The translations under genes were made by a program, and so were the position numbers. Shown here piece by piece: positions 38,591 to 47,953 of a DNA stretch of 62,525 nucleotides. Every line of letters begins with the position of its first letter. The stretch's first letter is position 1. The stretch covers positions 1-62,525 of the forward strand of contig CBEUNK010000001.1 of the NCBI GenBank assembly GCA_965544455.1, given 5' to 3'. This stretch comes from an uncultured Thiogranum sp. Its GTDB lineage: Bacteria; Pseudomonadota; Gammaproteobacteria; DSM-19610. The notes under the pieces were generated by a model. The model was not told where the DNA came from and did no database searches. It worked only from the letters and a program-made list of their open reading frames with translations.

Positions 38591-39616
38591 GTGAAAAGCA
38601 CAAGGCACAAAGGCAACATACGTATCAGCCGGCTGGCCGGCTGCCTCGTGTCGGCACTGTGTGTCAGCGGTGCGCGTGCCCAGACCGATTCCTACCGGGA
38701 TTGCGTACTCGGGCTGGTGGAGAGTTCAGCCGGCGAGGTGACGGTCAGGGAAATCCGCAATACCTGTCAGACAACACTGGAGGCGGAAGGCGCGCCGGAG
38801 CCGGTCACGGAGGCGGTGCCGGAGTCGGCCATCGACCGCCGGCTGGCGGTGGAGGGTGCCACCGAGATCGTGCCTTTCGTGATGACACCGCACAAACCCA
38901 ATTACATCATCTATACCTACAACTTCAAGGATTACCGGGATCCGCGTGCCGCGCGGCCGTTCGCCGACACGGACTCCAACAAGAATTCCGAGGTGGATTT
39001 CCAGGTCAGTTTCAAGTTCCCGGTGTGGCGCAATATGTTCAACACCAAAACTCACCTGTTTGCCGCGTACACCAACCGCTCGTTCTGGCAGGTGTTCGAT
39101 CACGACGATTCCTCGCCGTTCCGCGAGACCGACCATGAACCGGAAATGTGGCTGTCGCACCGGACGAAGTGGAAACTGTTCGGCCTGACCGCCCGCTTGC
39201 TGCAGGCCGGTATCGTGCACCAGTCCAACGGGCGCAGCGCCGACTTGTCGCGCAGCTGGAACCGTGTCTATGCCAACATGATTCTTGAGCGTGGCCATTT
39301 CTATTTTGGCCTGAAGCCCTGGTTGCGGATACAGGAAGACCGGGACGACGATGACAACCCGGATATCGAGGACTATCTCGGCTACTTCGAGTTCCAGGGA
39401 GTCTACAACCGTAACAAGAACAATATCGGCCTGTTTTTCCGCAATACACTGAAAGAGGACTATCGGGGTGCGCTGCAGCTCGATTGGAGTTTCCCGATGC
39501 ATAACCACGTGCGCGGCTATGTGCAGTACTTCTACGGGTACGGCGAAAGCCTGATCGACTACAACCACAAGGTCAACAAGCTGGGTGTGGGAATCAAGCT
39601 GACCGACTGGCTGTAG
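38591..39616 (+). CDS. pldA: outer-membrane phospholipase A
   Basis: HKPNY, FQVSFK, SSPFRET, catalytic HQSNG, SRSWNR, GYGESLIDYN. Confidence 0.93.
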   Translation: MKSTRHKGNIRISRLAGCLVSALCVSGARAQTDSYRDCVLGLVESSAGEVTVREIRNTCQTTLEAEGAPEPVTEAVPESAIDRRLAVEGATEIVPFVMTPHKPNYIIYTYNFKDYRDPRAARPFADTDSNKNSEVDFQVSFKFPVWRNMFNTKTHLFAAYTNRSFWQVFDHDDSSPFRETDHEPEMWLSHRTKWKLFGLTARLLQAGIVHQSNGRSADLSRSWNRVYANMILERGHFYFGLKPWLRIQEDRDDDDNPDIEDYLGYFEFQGVYNRNKNNIGLFFRNTLKEDYRGALQLDWSFPMHNHVRGYVQYFYGYGESLIDYNHKVNKLGVGIKLTDWL

Positions 39617-39640
39617 AAAGGCGAACGACGAGTGCGAGCC

Positions 39641-39811
39641 TCAATGCGGCGGGGCGCTTTCCGCTTCCGCCGTCTCGCTATCTTCGCGGAGGGGGAGTGG
39701 GGTATTGGCATGCAGCCACTGCCACGCCTCGTCCTCCGTCATGCACGCGACTTCCTCGTCGCTGAACTCGCTGCCGGATTTCAGTATTTTTGCCAGTCTG
39801 CCAGTCGCCAT
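39641..39811 (-). CDS. small acidic protein, 56 aa (below the ORF-track cutoff)
   Basis: Hand translation MATGRLAKILKSGSEFSDEEVACMTEDEAWQWLHANTPLPLREDSETAEAESAPPH*. GGAGGA SD lies just upstream of the ATG. Fills the gap between pldA and DUF4197. Confidence 0.55.
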   Translation of the reverse strand: MATGRLAKILKSGSEFSDEEVACMTEDEAWQWLHANTPLPLREDSETAEAESAPPH

Positions 39812-39885
39812 GATTCCTCCACGGATTTTCTGGTTATAGACAGTATGATGTCGCCAGGGGGCAAAATATTCGCCCCATGGTATGG

Positions 39886-40647
39886 CTAGGGGGTGCCGGC
39901 GAAAACTTTTCTAAGTAAATCAGTACTTCGCGCCACCGGGTCCTCCCGGATGCGCTTTTCCTCCGTGGCCAGTTTCAGGAACAGGCCGTCCAGGGTTTTC
40001 TGTGTCACGTAGCGGTCCAGGTCGAGGTCGCCCTGGTCGACGAGCGGTGACAGCATGCCGAGGTTACCGGTCATGTCCTTGTAAGCCGAGGTGACGCCGG
40101 CCTGCGCGGTGCTGTCCCGGACGATGGGCAGCAGGGCATCGGTCAGCCGTGCTTCGTTCTGTTGGCGGAAGTATTGCGTGGCGGCGTCATCCGGTCCGTT
40201 GAGTATGCCCCTGGCATCTTCCAGCGACATGTTGCGGATAGTGTCGGCAAGAATGGTGGTGGACGCCGGCACCGCCTGTTCGGCCGCATGGTTCATGGTG
40301 GCAATGAAGTCGTCCGCGAGCGCGTCCTGGCCAACAGTCCGCAGGCCCCGTTCCACCTGTTGCAACGGTCCGGGCATGGGGATTCTGACCAGGGCATCGT
40401 TCAGGAAGCCGCCATCCTGGCCGAGCAGGCGGGTGGCGCGTTCAACCCCGACATTCAGGGCTTCTTTCAAACCCGCAATGATCTCCGTCTGTGACAGGGC
40501 TGCGGCCTGGCCGTCAGCCGGTTGTCCGGCCGGCAGGGCATTTTCGAGTTTCTTGTACCAGTCATTCCAGCCCGCCTCGACTGCCGGACTGGCGGACAGT
40601 ACCAGCGCCATCATCGTGGCGATCGATGTTGATTTTACCGCGTTCAT
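39886..40647 (-). CDS. DUF4197-family secreted protein
   Basis: Signal peptide; GLKEAL..G, MN.AAEQA, ILNG.DDAATQYF, LDGLF......EK.IREDPVAR..DLLRKVF. Confidence 0.85.
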   Translation of the reverse strand: MNAVKSTSIATMMALVLSASPAVEAGWNDWYKKLENALPAGQPADGQAAALSQTEIIAGLKEALNVGVERATRLLGQDGGFLNDALVRIPMPGPLQQVERGLRTVGQDALADDFIATMNHAAEQAVPASTTILADTIRNMSLEDARGILNGPDDAATQYFRQQNEARLTDALLPIVRDSTAQAGVTSAYKDMTGNLGMLSPLVDQGDLDLDRYVTQKTLDGLFLKLATEEKRIREDPVARSTDLLRKVFAGTP

Positions 40648-40854
40648 TTGATTCGCTCCCGCGTTGGTGTACAGATGCCTTCAACAAAGACTAGTCGAAG
40701 AATGCCGGCCGTGAAAGCAGGCCTTGTGTCTGCCGGTGAAATGTCACAGAAGTTAACAATTGCTGTATTGCCAGTGGCGGTATGACGGGGGAAAAATACG
40801 CCCTGGAAGTACGAAGCGCGTCAACGCGTCCACAACAGATCGGAGAGAGGCATT

Positions 40855-41262
40855 ATGAACCGGAAAATAGAGGACATCGAAGGCATCGGCCCGAAATACG
40901 CGGAAATGCTCGGCCAGGCCGGTATTACCCATACCGGTCAGTTGCTGGCCAGGGGCGGCCAGACAAAGGGCAGGGAAGAAATCGCCGAACGCTGCGGTAT
41001 CAACGACAAGCTGGTGCTCAAATGGGTCAACATGAGCGACCTGTTCCGCATCAAGGGTGTTGCCGGCCAGTACGCGGAGTTGCTGGAGGCGGCCGGTGTC
41101 GACACGGTGAAAGAGTTGCGGCACCGCAATGCAGAGAACCTGGCGGAAAAAATGCGTGAGGTTAACCGCGAAAAACGCCTGGTTCGCGCGGCCCCCAGTG
41201 TGAAGTCGGTGGCGAGTTGGGTTGAGCAGGCCGGCAAGCTGGAACCGGCTGTCTACTACTGA
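40855..41262 (+). CDS. DUF4332-like helix-hairpin-helix protein
   Basis: IEDIEGIGPKY, WVNMSDLFRIKGVAGQYAELLEAAGVDTVKEL..RN; SD GAGAGG. Confidence 0.82.
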   Translation: MNRKIEDIEGIGPKYAEMLGQAGITHTGQLLARGGQTKGREEIAERCGINDKLVLKWVNMSDLFRIKGVAGQYAELLEAAGVDTVKELRHRNAENLAEKMREVNREKRLVRAAPSVKSVASWVEQAGKLEPAVYY

Positions 41263-41310
41263 GCATGCCGGGCAACGTTCCGAACCGGTAAACCTGTTTA
41301 TAGAGAGGCT

Positions 41311-42087
41311 ATGACAATGAATGTATTCAGACTATTACTCGTAATCGCGGTGACGGGATTGTACGGCTGCAGCGATAAAGATGATGGAACCGGCGGCGAA
41401 GGCAAGACCTCGCTGATCGAGAAGGCCGGCCAGATGAGTTCGGGTCTTGCGGACAAGGTCAAGCAGGGCGCGACGGATGCCGGCAAGGTCGCCACGGAAA
41501 GCCTCGACAAGGCGACGGATAAGGTCGGTGATGCCGTGGACACGGTCAAGGAGGCAGGCTCCCGGACGGTTGAATCGGTCGTCGACGCTTCCAGGTCGCT
41601 GACCGGTGGTACGGACGAAAGTGGCGATGCCGGCCAGGCCGTGGTGGCCGATGCGCAGACACAGGTGGAAAACGCCGGCGATGAAATAGCCGCTGCGGCC
41701 GCTTCCGGCCAGGCCGTGATGGCCGAAACAGCCTCTGCTGTTTCCACCGATGTCGAGAAGACGACCGACAAGACCGTCGAAGCCGCGGGTCTGGAGGCTG
41801 CCCCTGCAGCGGATGTGCTCGACACGACACAGGTCGCCATGGGCAAGACGGTCTACTCGAAACACTGCATGGCCTGTCACGCAGCCGGAGTTGCCGGTGC
41901 ACCCAAGGTCAGTGATACCGCCGTCTGGGCACCGCGGATCGCCCAGGGCATGGAGACGCTTTACGGCCATGCCATCAATGGTTTTCAGGGCGCTAAAGGC
42001 GTGATGCCGCCCAAGGGCGGTTTCAGTACGCTGAGTGATGATGATGTCAAGGCAGCGGTCGCCTACATGGTGACCGTCAGCCAGTGA
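41311..42087 (+). CDS. lipoprotein with long low-complexity linker and C-terminal cytochrome c5
   Basis: Lipobox LYGC; about 165 aa rich in A/D/T/V/K/E; CMACH...GAP...W.PR...G...MPPKGG c5 domain. Confidence 0.88.
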   Translation: MTMNVFRLLLVIAVTGLYGCSDKDDGTGGEGKTSLIEKAGQMSSGLADKVKQGATDAGKVATESLDKATDKVGDAVDTVKEAGSRTVESVVDASRSLTGGTDESGDAGQAVVADAQTQVENAGDEIAAAAASGQAVMAETASAVSTDVEKTTDKTVEAAGLEAAPAADVLDTTQVAMGKTVYSKHCMACHAAGVAGAPKVSDTAVWAPRIAQGMETLYGHAINGFQGAKGVMPPKGGFSTLSDDDVKAAVAYMVTVSQ

Positions 42088-42112
42088 TTGTGTCCCTCCG
42101 ACACGGAGCTTT

Positions 42113-42142
42113 ATGGCGGGCCTGCTGCCCGCCATCTTTTTT
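42113..42142 (+). terminator. rho-independent terminator after the cytochrome c5 gene
   Basis: ATGGCGGGC-CTGCT-GCCCGCCAT followed by CTTTTTT. Confidence 0.8.
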
Positions 42143-42156
42143 ATCCGCCTACGAAT

Positions 42157-42171
42157 GTAAACAAATGTAAC
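42157..42171 (+). promoter_or_regulatory. OmpR/CpxR-type direct repeat upstream of the OmpA-like gene
   Basis: GTAAA-CAAAT-GTAAC, one mismatch to GTAAA-N5-GTAAA. -10 TATAGT at 42210-42215. Similar copies at 40743, 49140 and 52896. Confidence 0.5.
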
Positions 42172-42269
42172 AACCATGGCGCTCAGGTATCATCCGTTGC
42201 CAGCGGGCGTATAGTCGCAAGTCAAGACCAACAAATACGGGCGTACATGTCCGGAAGGAGATCTGAAAA

Positions 42270-42905
42270 ATGTCGAACAAGCATCTGTTATTTATCCTGG
42301 TTCTCGCGCTGGTGGGCCTCATGGCATACAAGCAGACGATGGCTCACGAGCTGGGCAAGGGGAACGAGTCCTACGTGGGCGATTCGCGGGGGCATTTGAT
42401 TACCGACGGTTTCGGTGACTGCGTGAAGACCGGTGCCTGGAACAAGGCGCATGACCTGGTGGATTGCGGCGCTGCGCCGGCACAGGCCGCGGCCGAACCG
42501 GAGCCCGCACCTGTTGCCGAGCCGGTGCCGGCACCTGTAGCGGTCACAGAGTCGGTATCCCTGTCGGCCGGTGCACTGTTTGATGTGAACAGCGATAATC
42601 TGAAGGACGCAGGCAAGCGCGAACTCTCCCAGCTGGCTGACCGAATCAAGGCCATGAAGGAAGTTCAGAGTGTCAAGATCGTTGGGCACACGGACAGCAG
42701 TGGAGCGGAAGCCTACAACCAGGTGTTGTCACAAAAACGTGCCAACTCGGTGAAAAATTACCTGCTCGACCAGGGTGTGCCGCCGACCATCATGTCTACG
42801 CTGGGCATGGGTGAAAGCCGGCCGGTGGCGAGCAATGCCACCCGCGAGGGACGGGCAAAAAACCGCCGTGTTGAAATTACCATCGAAGGCACGCAGACTC
42901 GCTGA
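42270..42905 (+). CDS. OmpA/RmpM-like peptidoglycan-binding protein (no beta-barrel)
   Basis: Signal peptide, CVKTG.W...C, PA-rich linker, GHTDS.G...YN..LS.KRA, GRAKNRRVEI. Confidence 0.9.
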   Translation: MSNKHLLFILVLALVGLMAYKQTMAHELGKGNESYVGDSRGHLITDGFGDCVKTGAWNKAHDLVDCGAAPAQAAAEPEPAPVAEPVPAPVAVTESVSLSAGALFDVNSDNLKDAGKRELSQLADRIKAMKEVQSVKIVGHTDSSGAEAYNQVLSQKRANSVKNYLLDQGVPPTIMSTLGMGESRPVASNATREGRAKNRRVEITIEGTQTR

Positions 42906-42945
42906 GTGTTGCGGAAAAAGCTAATCAACAACGAGGAGTATTCGA

Positions 42946-43770
42946 ATGGACCAACTCGAAAAACTCGGTGATCCCGACCTGATTCAGACCATGCTGATCC
43001 CCTGGGCGATCAAAATCGGCGTGGCGCTGGCGATATTCATTGTCGGTCGCTGGATCGCGAAATGGCTGACGGGCGTACTCAGGAAGGTGATGGCCAAGTC
43101 CAATATGGACGAAATGCTGATCCAGTTCCTGGGCAACATCGTGTACACCGTCCTGTTGCTCGTCGTGGTGATGGCGGCGCTCGACCAGGTGGGTATCCAG
43201 ACAACCTCACTACTGGCTGTATTTGGTGCCGCCGGCCTGGCCATCGGCCTGGCGCTGAAGGATTCGCTGGGTAACTTTTCTTCCGGGGTGATGATTATTC
43301 TGTTCCGGCCGTTCAAGGTGGGCGACTTCATCGAGGCCGGTGGTGCGACGGGTGTGGTGGAGCAAGTCCGTATGTTCGCCACCATCCTGCGCAGTGGCGA
43401 CAACCGGGAGATTATTGTGCCGAACAGCCAGATCTACGGCGGCACGATTATCAATTACTCGGCCAAAGAGACCCGCCGCATCGACCTGGTGTTCGGTATC
43501 GGCTACGGTGACGATATCGCCAAGGCCAAGCAGATTATCGACGACATCATGCGCCAGGACGAACGCATCCTGGCGGATCCCGCGCCCTCGATCGCGCTGG
43601 GCGAGCTGGCCGACAGCAGTGTCAATTTCAACGTGCGCCCCTGGGTGAAGAGCGGTGACTACTGGCCGGTACGGGCCGATCTGCTGGAAAAGGTAAAGCT
43701 GGCATTCGACGCCAACGGTATCAGCATTCCCTATCCGCAGCAGGACGTGTATATGCACGAGGTAGCATGA
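42946..43770 (+). CDS. mscS: small-conductance mechanosensitive channel
   Basis: GAAGLAIGLAL...L.NF, FRPFKVGD, IPYPQQDV. Confidence 0.93.
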   Translation: MDQLEKLGDPDLIQTMLIPWAIKIGVALAIFIVGRWIAKWLTGVLRKVMAKSNMDEMLIQFLGNIVYTVLLLVVVMAALDQVGIQTTSLLAVFGAAGLAIGLALKDSLGNFSSGVMIILFRPFKVGDFIEAGGATGVVEQVRMFATILRSGDNREIIVPNSQIYGGTIINYSAKETRRIDLVFGIGYGDDIAKAKQIIDDIMRQDERILADPAPSIALGELADSSVNFNVRPWVKSGDYWPVRADLLEKVKLAFDANGISIPYPQQDVYMHEVA

Positions 43771-43793
43771 ACCCTGCGCTGTTCTGCCTGTAG

Positions 43794-43822
43794 AAAAATC
43801 CCCGCCCGGCGGGGATTTTTTT
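43794..43822. terminator. bidirectional terminator between mscS and the CHASE2 kinase
   Basis: AAAAATCCCCGC-CCG-GCGGGGATTTTTTT. Confidence 0.85.
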
Positions 43823-46187
43823 ATTCACCGGAAGTCTGCCCGTTCTCAACGGCCTCGGACGGCAGCACCAGGCAGAAGGTCGAACCTTTTCCCGGTTTAC
43901 TGCTGACCGTAACGCGCCCACCGTGCTGGCGAGCGACCGCATCGACGAGTGCCAGTCCCAGACCGGCGCCGCGCTGCCCCTTTATCCCGGGACGCTCGAT
44001 ACGGTGAAAGCGCTCGAACAGGTGCGGCAGCTGGTCAGTGTCGATACCCGGTCCCTGGTCGTTGACGCAACAGTGGACGCGGCCCTGTTCCACGCGCACG
44101 TCCAGGGACACAACCGTGCCGGGCTCGCTGTACTTGATGGCATTGTCCAGCAGGTTGACCAGAGCGCGTTCCAGCAGGCTGCCGTCGCCTGTCAGCCAGG
44201 CCTCCAGCTCGGGATCCCAGGCCTGTTGCAGGTGGATCTGCCGGCTTTGTGCCTGTCCCCAGACCTGTTCCAGCGCATTGGTTGCGACGCCCACCAGGTC
44301 GATTTCACGGAAGGTGAACGATTCGCTGCTTTCGGCGCGTGCCAGCTGCAGGAATTGTTCCGCCAGTTCCAGCGTGTTGCCGGTATAGCTCTCCATGCGG
44401 TCCAGCAGGCCGGCGATTTTACCGCCGGGTTGATGACTGCGCGCCAGGTCGATGAGGGCACTCAGCGAAACCAGCGGCGAACGCAGGTCGTGTGACAGGA
44501 AATTCAACAGTTCGTTGCGCTTGCGCTCACTGGCTTTCAGCGGGCTGATATCAGAAAAATTGAAAATCAGGCCGGTGATGCCAGTGGGCCCGGTATTGAG
44601 TGGCGCAATCTGTACCAGCAGGTCCCGGCCATCGCGGTGCCGGACGCTGACCTGCTGGCGGGTGCACTCCTCCAGGCCACGCCGTATCAGTTCGGTCCAC
44701 TCGCCACCCTGTTCCAGGTTGAGGACCTGCAAAAGATCGCCCACCGGCAGCCCGTTGAGTTCGGCGTTGTCGTCGCCACGCAGGTACCAGCCGGCACGGG
44801 CATTGGACAGCAAAACACCCCCCCGGGTATCGGTCACAATGACACCGTCCGCCATGTTGGCGAGGCTGTCATCGATAAAGCGGCGCAGTTCGCGCAGCTG
44901 CTGCGTGGCCTGCTGCACCTGCTCGATCCGTGCCTGCAGATCTTTTTCCGGCTGCCGCGTGACGGTCACCGTCGCTGCAGCTTGCAGCTTCGACTGTTGT
45001 TCATGGAGTTGATCGAGTTCCTGGCTCAGGTAACGCATGGCCAGCTCGAGGCGGCGCCAGCTCCACAGGGGATAGCTGAGGGCGACTGCCAGCAATGCCG
45101 CCGTGGGCGGAAACCAGTAATGCAGCCCTGCCAGCAGCGCCGCACTGACGGCGATGCACAGGGATAGCAGCAGCGCGGTAATCAGCAGATTGGTGCGCGG
45201 CGCGCGGCGCGGGAACAGCCACAGGGGTAACATCGCCAGCAGGCCGCTGAGGCCCATGCGCCAGGGAGTATCCAGCGGTGTAATGGTCAGGCCAAGGCGC
45301 AGGGCGTCGAGCACGTTGGCGTTGATTTCCACGCCCGACATCGAGTGGCTGAACCCGGACAGCGGTGTCGGCAGGGCATCGCCCAGGCCCGCCGCGGTAG
45401 TGCCGATCAGTACGTACTTGTCGCGAAAGGTGCCGGGGGCGTAGGTTTTCTTGATGACCTGGTTATAGGAGATATGCCGGAAGTGGCCCGGCGGCCCGGC
45501 AAACGGGATCAACAGCGGCTGGCGGCGATACCAGACCAGCGGCGAAGCCGTGTCCGCCGCCGGTGTCGTTTTGCGGCCGTTCACGGGGACAGCGGTTTCG
45601 CCGGCCGTTGCCAGCAGCGCCAGGCTGATATGCGGCCAGCGCGGGCCACCCAGGCCGGCGTACAGGAACAGCTCGCGGGCGATACCATCGGGGTCGAGTT
45701 CGACGTGGACATGGCCGAGCGCCGCGGCGGCATTGGCCAGCGACGGCAGGGGCAGCGTTTCCACCGGCTGGCTGCCCACCCGCGGTTGTTCCATGAGCAC
45801 CGGCAGGACTACATTGCCACCGGCCCTGATCGCCTCGGCAAAGCTGGCATCGCCCTCGGCATCCTGCAGATTGGGTTCAGCGAAAATGATGTCGAAGGCG
45901 ACGGCCCGGGGATGTTCTTCGTTGAGCACGCGCAGCAGGTGGGCGTGCACCTGCCGCGACCAGGGCCAGCGGCCGAACTCGCGCAGCGTGTCTTCGTCGA
46001 TGGCGATAATGACAATGTCTTCCGGCGCCGGCCGGTTCCACAGCCGTAACTGGGCATCGTAGAACACCCGGTCCCAGCGCCATAACCAGTCCTGCTGGAC
46101 CAGCAGGACGGCGAGGCCGACCAGTACCGCGCCCAGTATAAAGCGCTCACCTCTGCCAAGCGGTCCTTGACGGGGCGACCGAATCAC
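43821..46187 (-). CDS. CHASE2-PAS-HisKA-HATPase sensor histidine kinase
   Basis: CHASE2 motifs IAIDE..L..FGRWPW.R, AFDIIF.EP, D.DGI.R, GVEINAN; three TM helices; PAS; SHDLRSPL; NLLDNAIKYS; GAGLGL. GTG at 46187 overlaps the upstream TGA. Confidence 0.92.
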   Translation of the reverse strand: MIRSPRQGPLGRGERFILGAVLVGLAVLLVQQDWLWRWDRVFYDAQLRLWNRPAPEDIVIIAIDEDTLREFGRWPWSRQVHAHLLRVLNEEHPRAVAFDIIFAEPNLQDAEGDASFAEAIRAGGNVVLPVLMEQPRVGSQPVETLPLPSLANAAAALGHVHVELDPDGIARELFLYAGLGGPRWPHISLALLATAGETAVPVNGRKTTPAADTASPLVWYRRQPLLIPFAGPPGHFRHISYNQVIKKTYAPGTFRDKYVLIGTTAAGLGDALPTPLSGFSHSMSGVEINANVLDALRLGLTITPLDTPWRMGLSGLLAMLPLWLFPRRAPRTNLLITALLLSLCIAVSAALLAGLHYWFPPTAALLAVALSYPLWSWRRLELAMRYLSQELDQLHEQQSKLQAAATVTVTRQPEKDLQARIEQVQQATQQLRELRRFIDDSLANMADGVIVTDTRGGVLLSNARAGWYLRGDDNAELNGLPVGDLLQVLNLEQGGEWTELIRRGLEECTRQQVSVRHRDGRDLLVQIAPLNTGPTGITGLIFNFSDISPLKASERKRNELLNFLSHDLRSPLVSLSALIDLARSHQPGGKIAGLLDRMESYTGNTLELAEQFLQLARAESSESFTFREIDLVGVATNALEQVWGQAQSRQIHLQQAWDPELEAWLTGDGSLLERALVNLLDNAIKYSEPGTVVSLDVRVEQGRVHCCVNDQGPGIDTDQLPHLFERFHRIERPGIKGQRGAGLGLALVDAVARQHGGRVTVSSKPGKGSTFCLVLPSEAVENGQTSGE

Positions 46188-47953
46188 AACACCAGCAGCA
46201 GGGGAACGGCGAGCACCAGCGGCCACCAGGGGTAGAGCGGAGGCACGTAAAATTTCTGCGGCGGGCTGAAGGGTCCGGCATCACCTGTTAGGTTAATTGC
46301 CCTGACGCGGAAAAAATAGACCTGCGAGGGTGGCCGCGGCAAGTCGATACGCGTGGCCTGAACTTCCGTGTTAACCAGCAGATCCCTGAAATAAGGATCC
46401 GTGGCGAGCTGGAGCTGGTAGTTTCCGGCACCTTCAACGACCTGCCAGGCCAGTATCAGGCGGGCACGATCGAACAGCGGCTGCCGCGTGGCCGGCGCCG
46501 CCAGCGGCGGGCGGTAGGTGAAGTGCCGGGGTGTGTTGAACGGCCCTTGTTGTCCCGCCGTGTCTACGCCGGCGACGCGCCAGTGGTAGGTGCCCGGTGT
46601 CAGCGCTGGCACCTGCCGGAAACTCGTGGACGCGACATTCTGATCGGTGACGAGATCGGCAAAACCGCTATCGCGCGCGACCTGGATGCGGTAGGCGGCG
46701 CTGTCCGGTGTCGCCGTCCAGCTGAATGTCGGCCTGGCAGTGGCAATGACGGCGGTATCGGCCGGACTGGCGCTGGGCGGCGGTACCGGCCGGGCATCGA
46801 CTTCGAAGCGGTATTCGCTGTCGAGGCCTTCCAGGCCGACTTCATCAATACCACGTATCCGCAAAGCGTAATGCCCGTCCGGCAGGTCCTGCCAGTGCGC
46901 GGCCGGTTGTGAGGTTGTCCAGTCGGCCAGCAGGGTTTCGAAGCGGATATCGGGTGCGATCTGCACCCGGTAAGCCTGTGCACCGTCGAGCGCCGGCCAG
47001 TCGAAGTCAAGCGGCAGTTGCCGCTGGACCGCGGGCAGCCGTGACAGGTCCACGGCCGGCAGCAGTTCGCGCGGTTCCCCGAGGGGTTTGCCGGCTTCGG
47101 CAACCAGTCCAAAACCCGCGGGTACGGCAGTGCTCCTGGCGGCGTTACCTACCCCGACAGTGCCTTGTGTCACCTCGCTGCGCATCAGCGCTTTGCCCGC
47201 GTCGGCGGCGACCCGGAATGCGGTGCCGCGCACCGCGGCGACCGCCGCCGGCGTGATGATCTGGTAGCGGCTGCCGGGCCCCCGGGCGGGTTTTACCCGG
47301 GTGTCGACCCGGCCACCTTGCAGGCGTATGCGGGTGTCCACCATGCCCGTGGTGCCCCAGGCGCTGAGACTGTCCATCACCACGGTCGAATCCGCCAGCA
47401 CCAGCAGCTGGGAGCCGTCGGCGAACTGCAGGGTGAGGTTGCTGTCGGCAGCGGTGTTTACCCCGTCACCACTGTGCAATTCAGTACCAACCTCCACGGG
47501 TGCCGGCTGGCCACCGCTCGCTCGCAGTAATTCTGCCCGGCCGTGCAGCCGGGTGACGTGGGCGCTTGCCGGCTGGTGTTTGAGAATACTCAGGGGGAAG
47601 CGCAGCCGGGTGCCTGGCGGGATCTGGCGGTCGAGATCGATGTTGTTCAGTCTCTGAATACGCTGCCAGTAGCGCACGCTGGTGCAGTGCTGTTTGGTCA
47701 GGTTCCAGATATTGTCACCGGGCCGTACCGTGTATTCCCAATACTGTTCGGCCGCACTCGCCGGAGTGCCGGTGAACAGCAGCAACAGCAGGGCAAGTGG
47801 TAACAGTGTGGCCAACCTGATGGCTTGCTGAGGGAAAGTCCTGCAGACAGGTCTGGCAGCCAATGATACATACCCCGTTCTTGTTTGTGTTTTGGTATCA
47901 GCCGTGTTCGGCACCGGTCGGTTCCAGGCGATAACCGTGGTGATAGACGGCAT
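46184..47953 (-). CDS. periplasmic LysM + FecR-like + 3x Fn3/Ig-like protein with C-terminal membrane anchor
   Basis: Signal peptide ending ASA|AE; LysM YTVRPGDNIW...IPPG.RL; FecR-like FADGS...I.TPAAVAAVRGTAFRV; three W...Y..Q.A.D..F repeats; C-terminal WWPLVLAVPLLLVL. The true start is probably downstream of 47953. Confidence 0.85.
   Translation of the reverse strand: MPSITTVIAWNRPVPNTADTKTQTRTGYVSLAARPVCRTFPQQAIRLATLLPLALLLLLFTGTPASAAEQYWEYTVRPGDNIWNLTKQHCTSVRYWQRIQRLNNIDLDRQIPPGTRLRFPLSILKHQPASAHVTRLHGRAELLRASGGQPAPVEVGTELHSGDGVNTAADSNLTLQFADGSQLLVLADSTVVMDSLSAWGTTGMVDTRIRLQGGRVDTRVKPARGPGSRYQIITPAAVAAVRGTAFRVAADAGKALMRSEVTQGTVGVGNAARSTAVPAGFGLVAEAGKPLGEPRELLPAVDLSRLPAVQRQLPLDFDWPALDGAQAYRVQIAPDIRFETLLADWTTSQPAAHWQDLPDGHYALRIRGIDEVGLEGLDSEYRFEVDARPVPPPSASPADTAVIATARPTFSWTATPDSAAYRIQVARDSGFADLVTDQNVASTSFRQVPALTPGTYHWRVAGVDTAGQQGPFNTPRHFTYRPPLAAPATRQPLFDRARLILAWQVVEGAGNYQLQLATDPYFRDLLVNTEVQATRIDLPRPPSQVYFFRVRAINLTGDAGPFSPPQKFYVPPLYPWWPLVLAVPLLLVL

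Noticed and set aside
39632-39889. 85-aa + strand ORF in the track
   Set aside because: No clear SD or motif; the minus-strand 56-aa ORF with GGAGGA is better supported.
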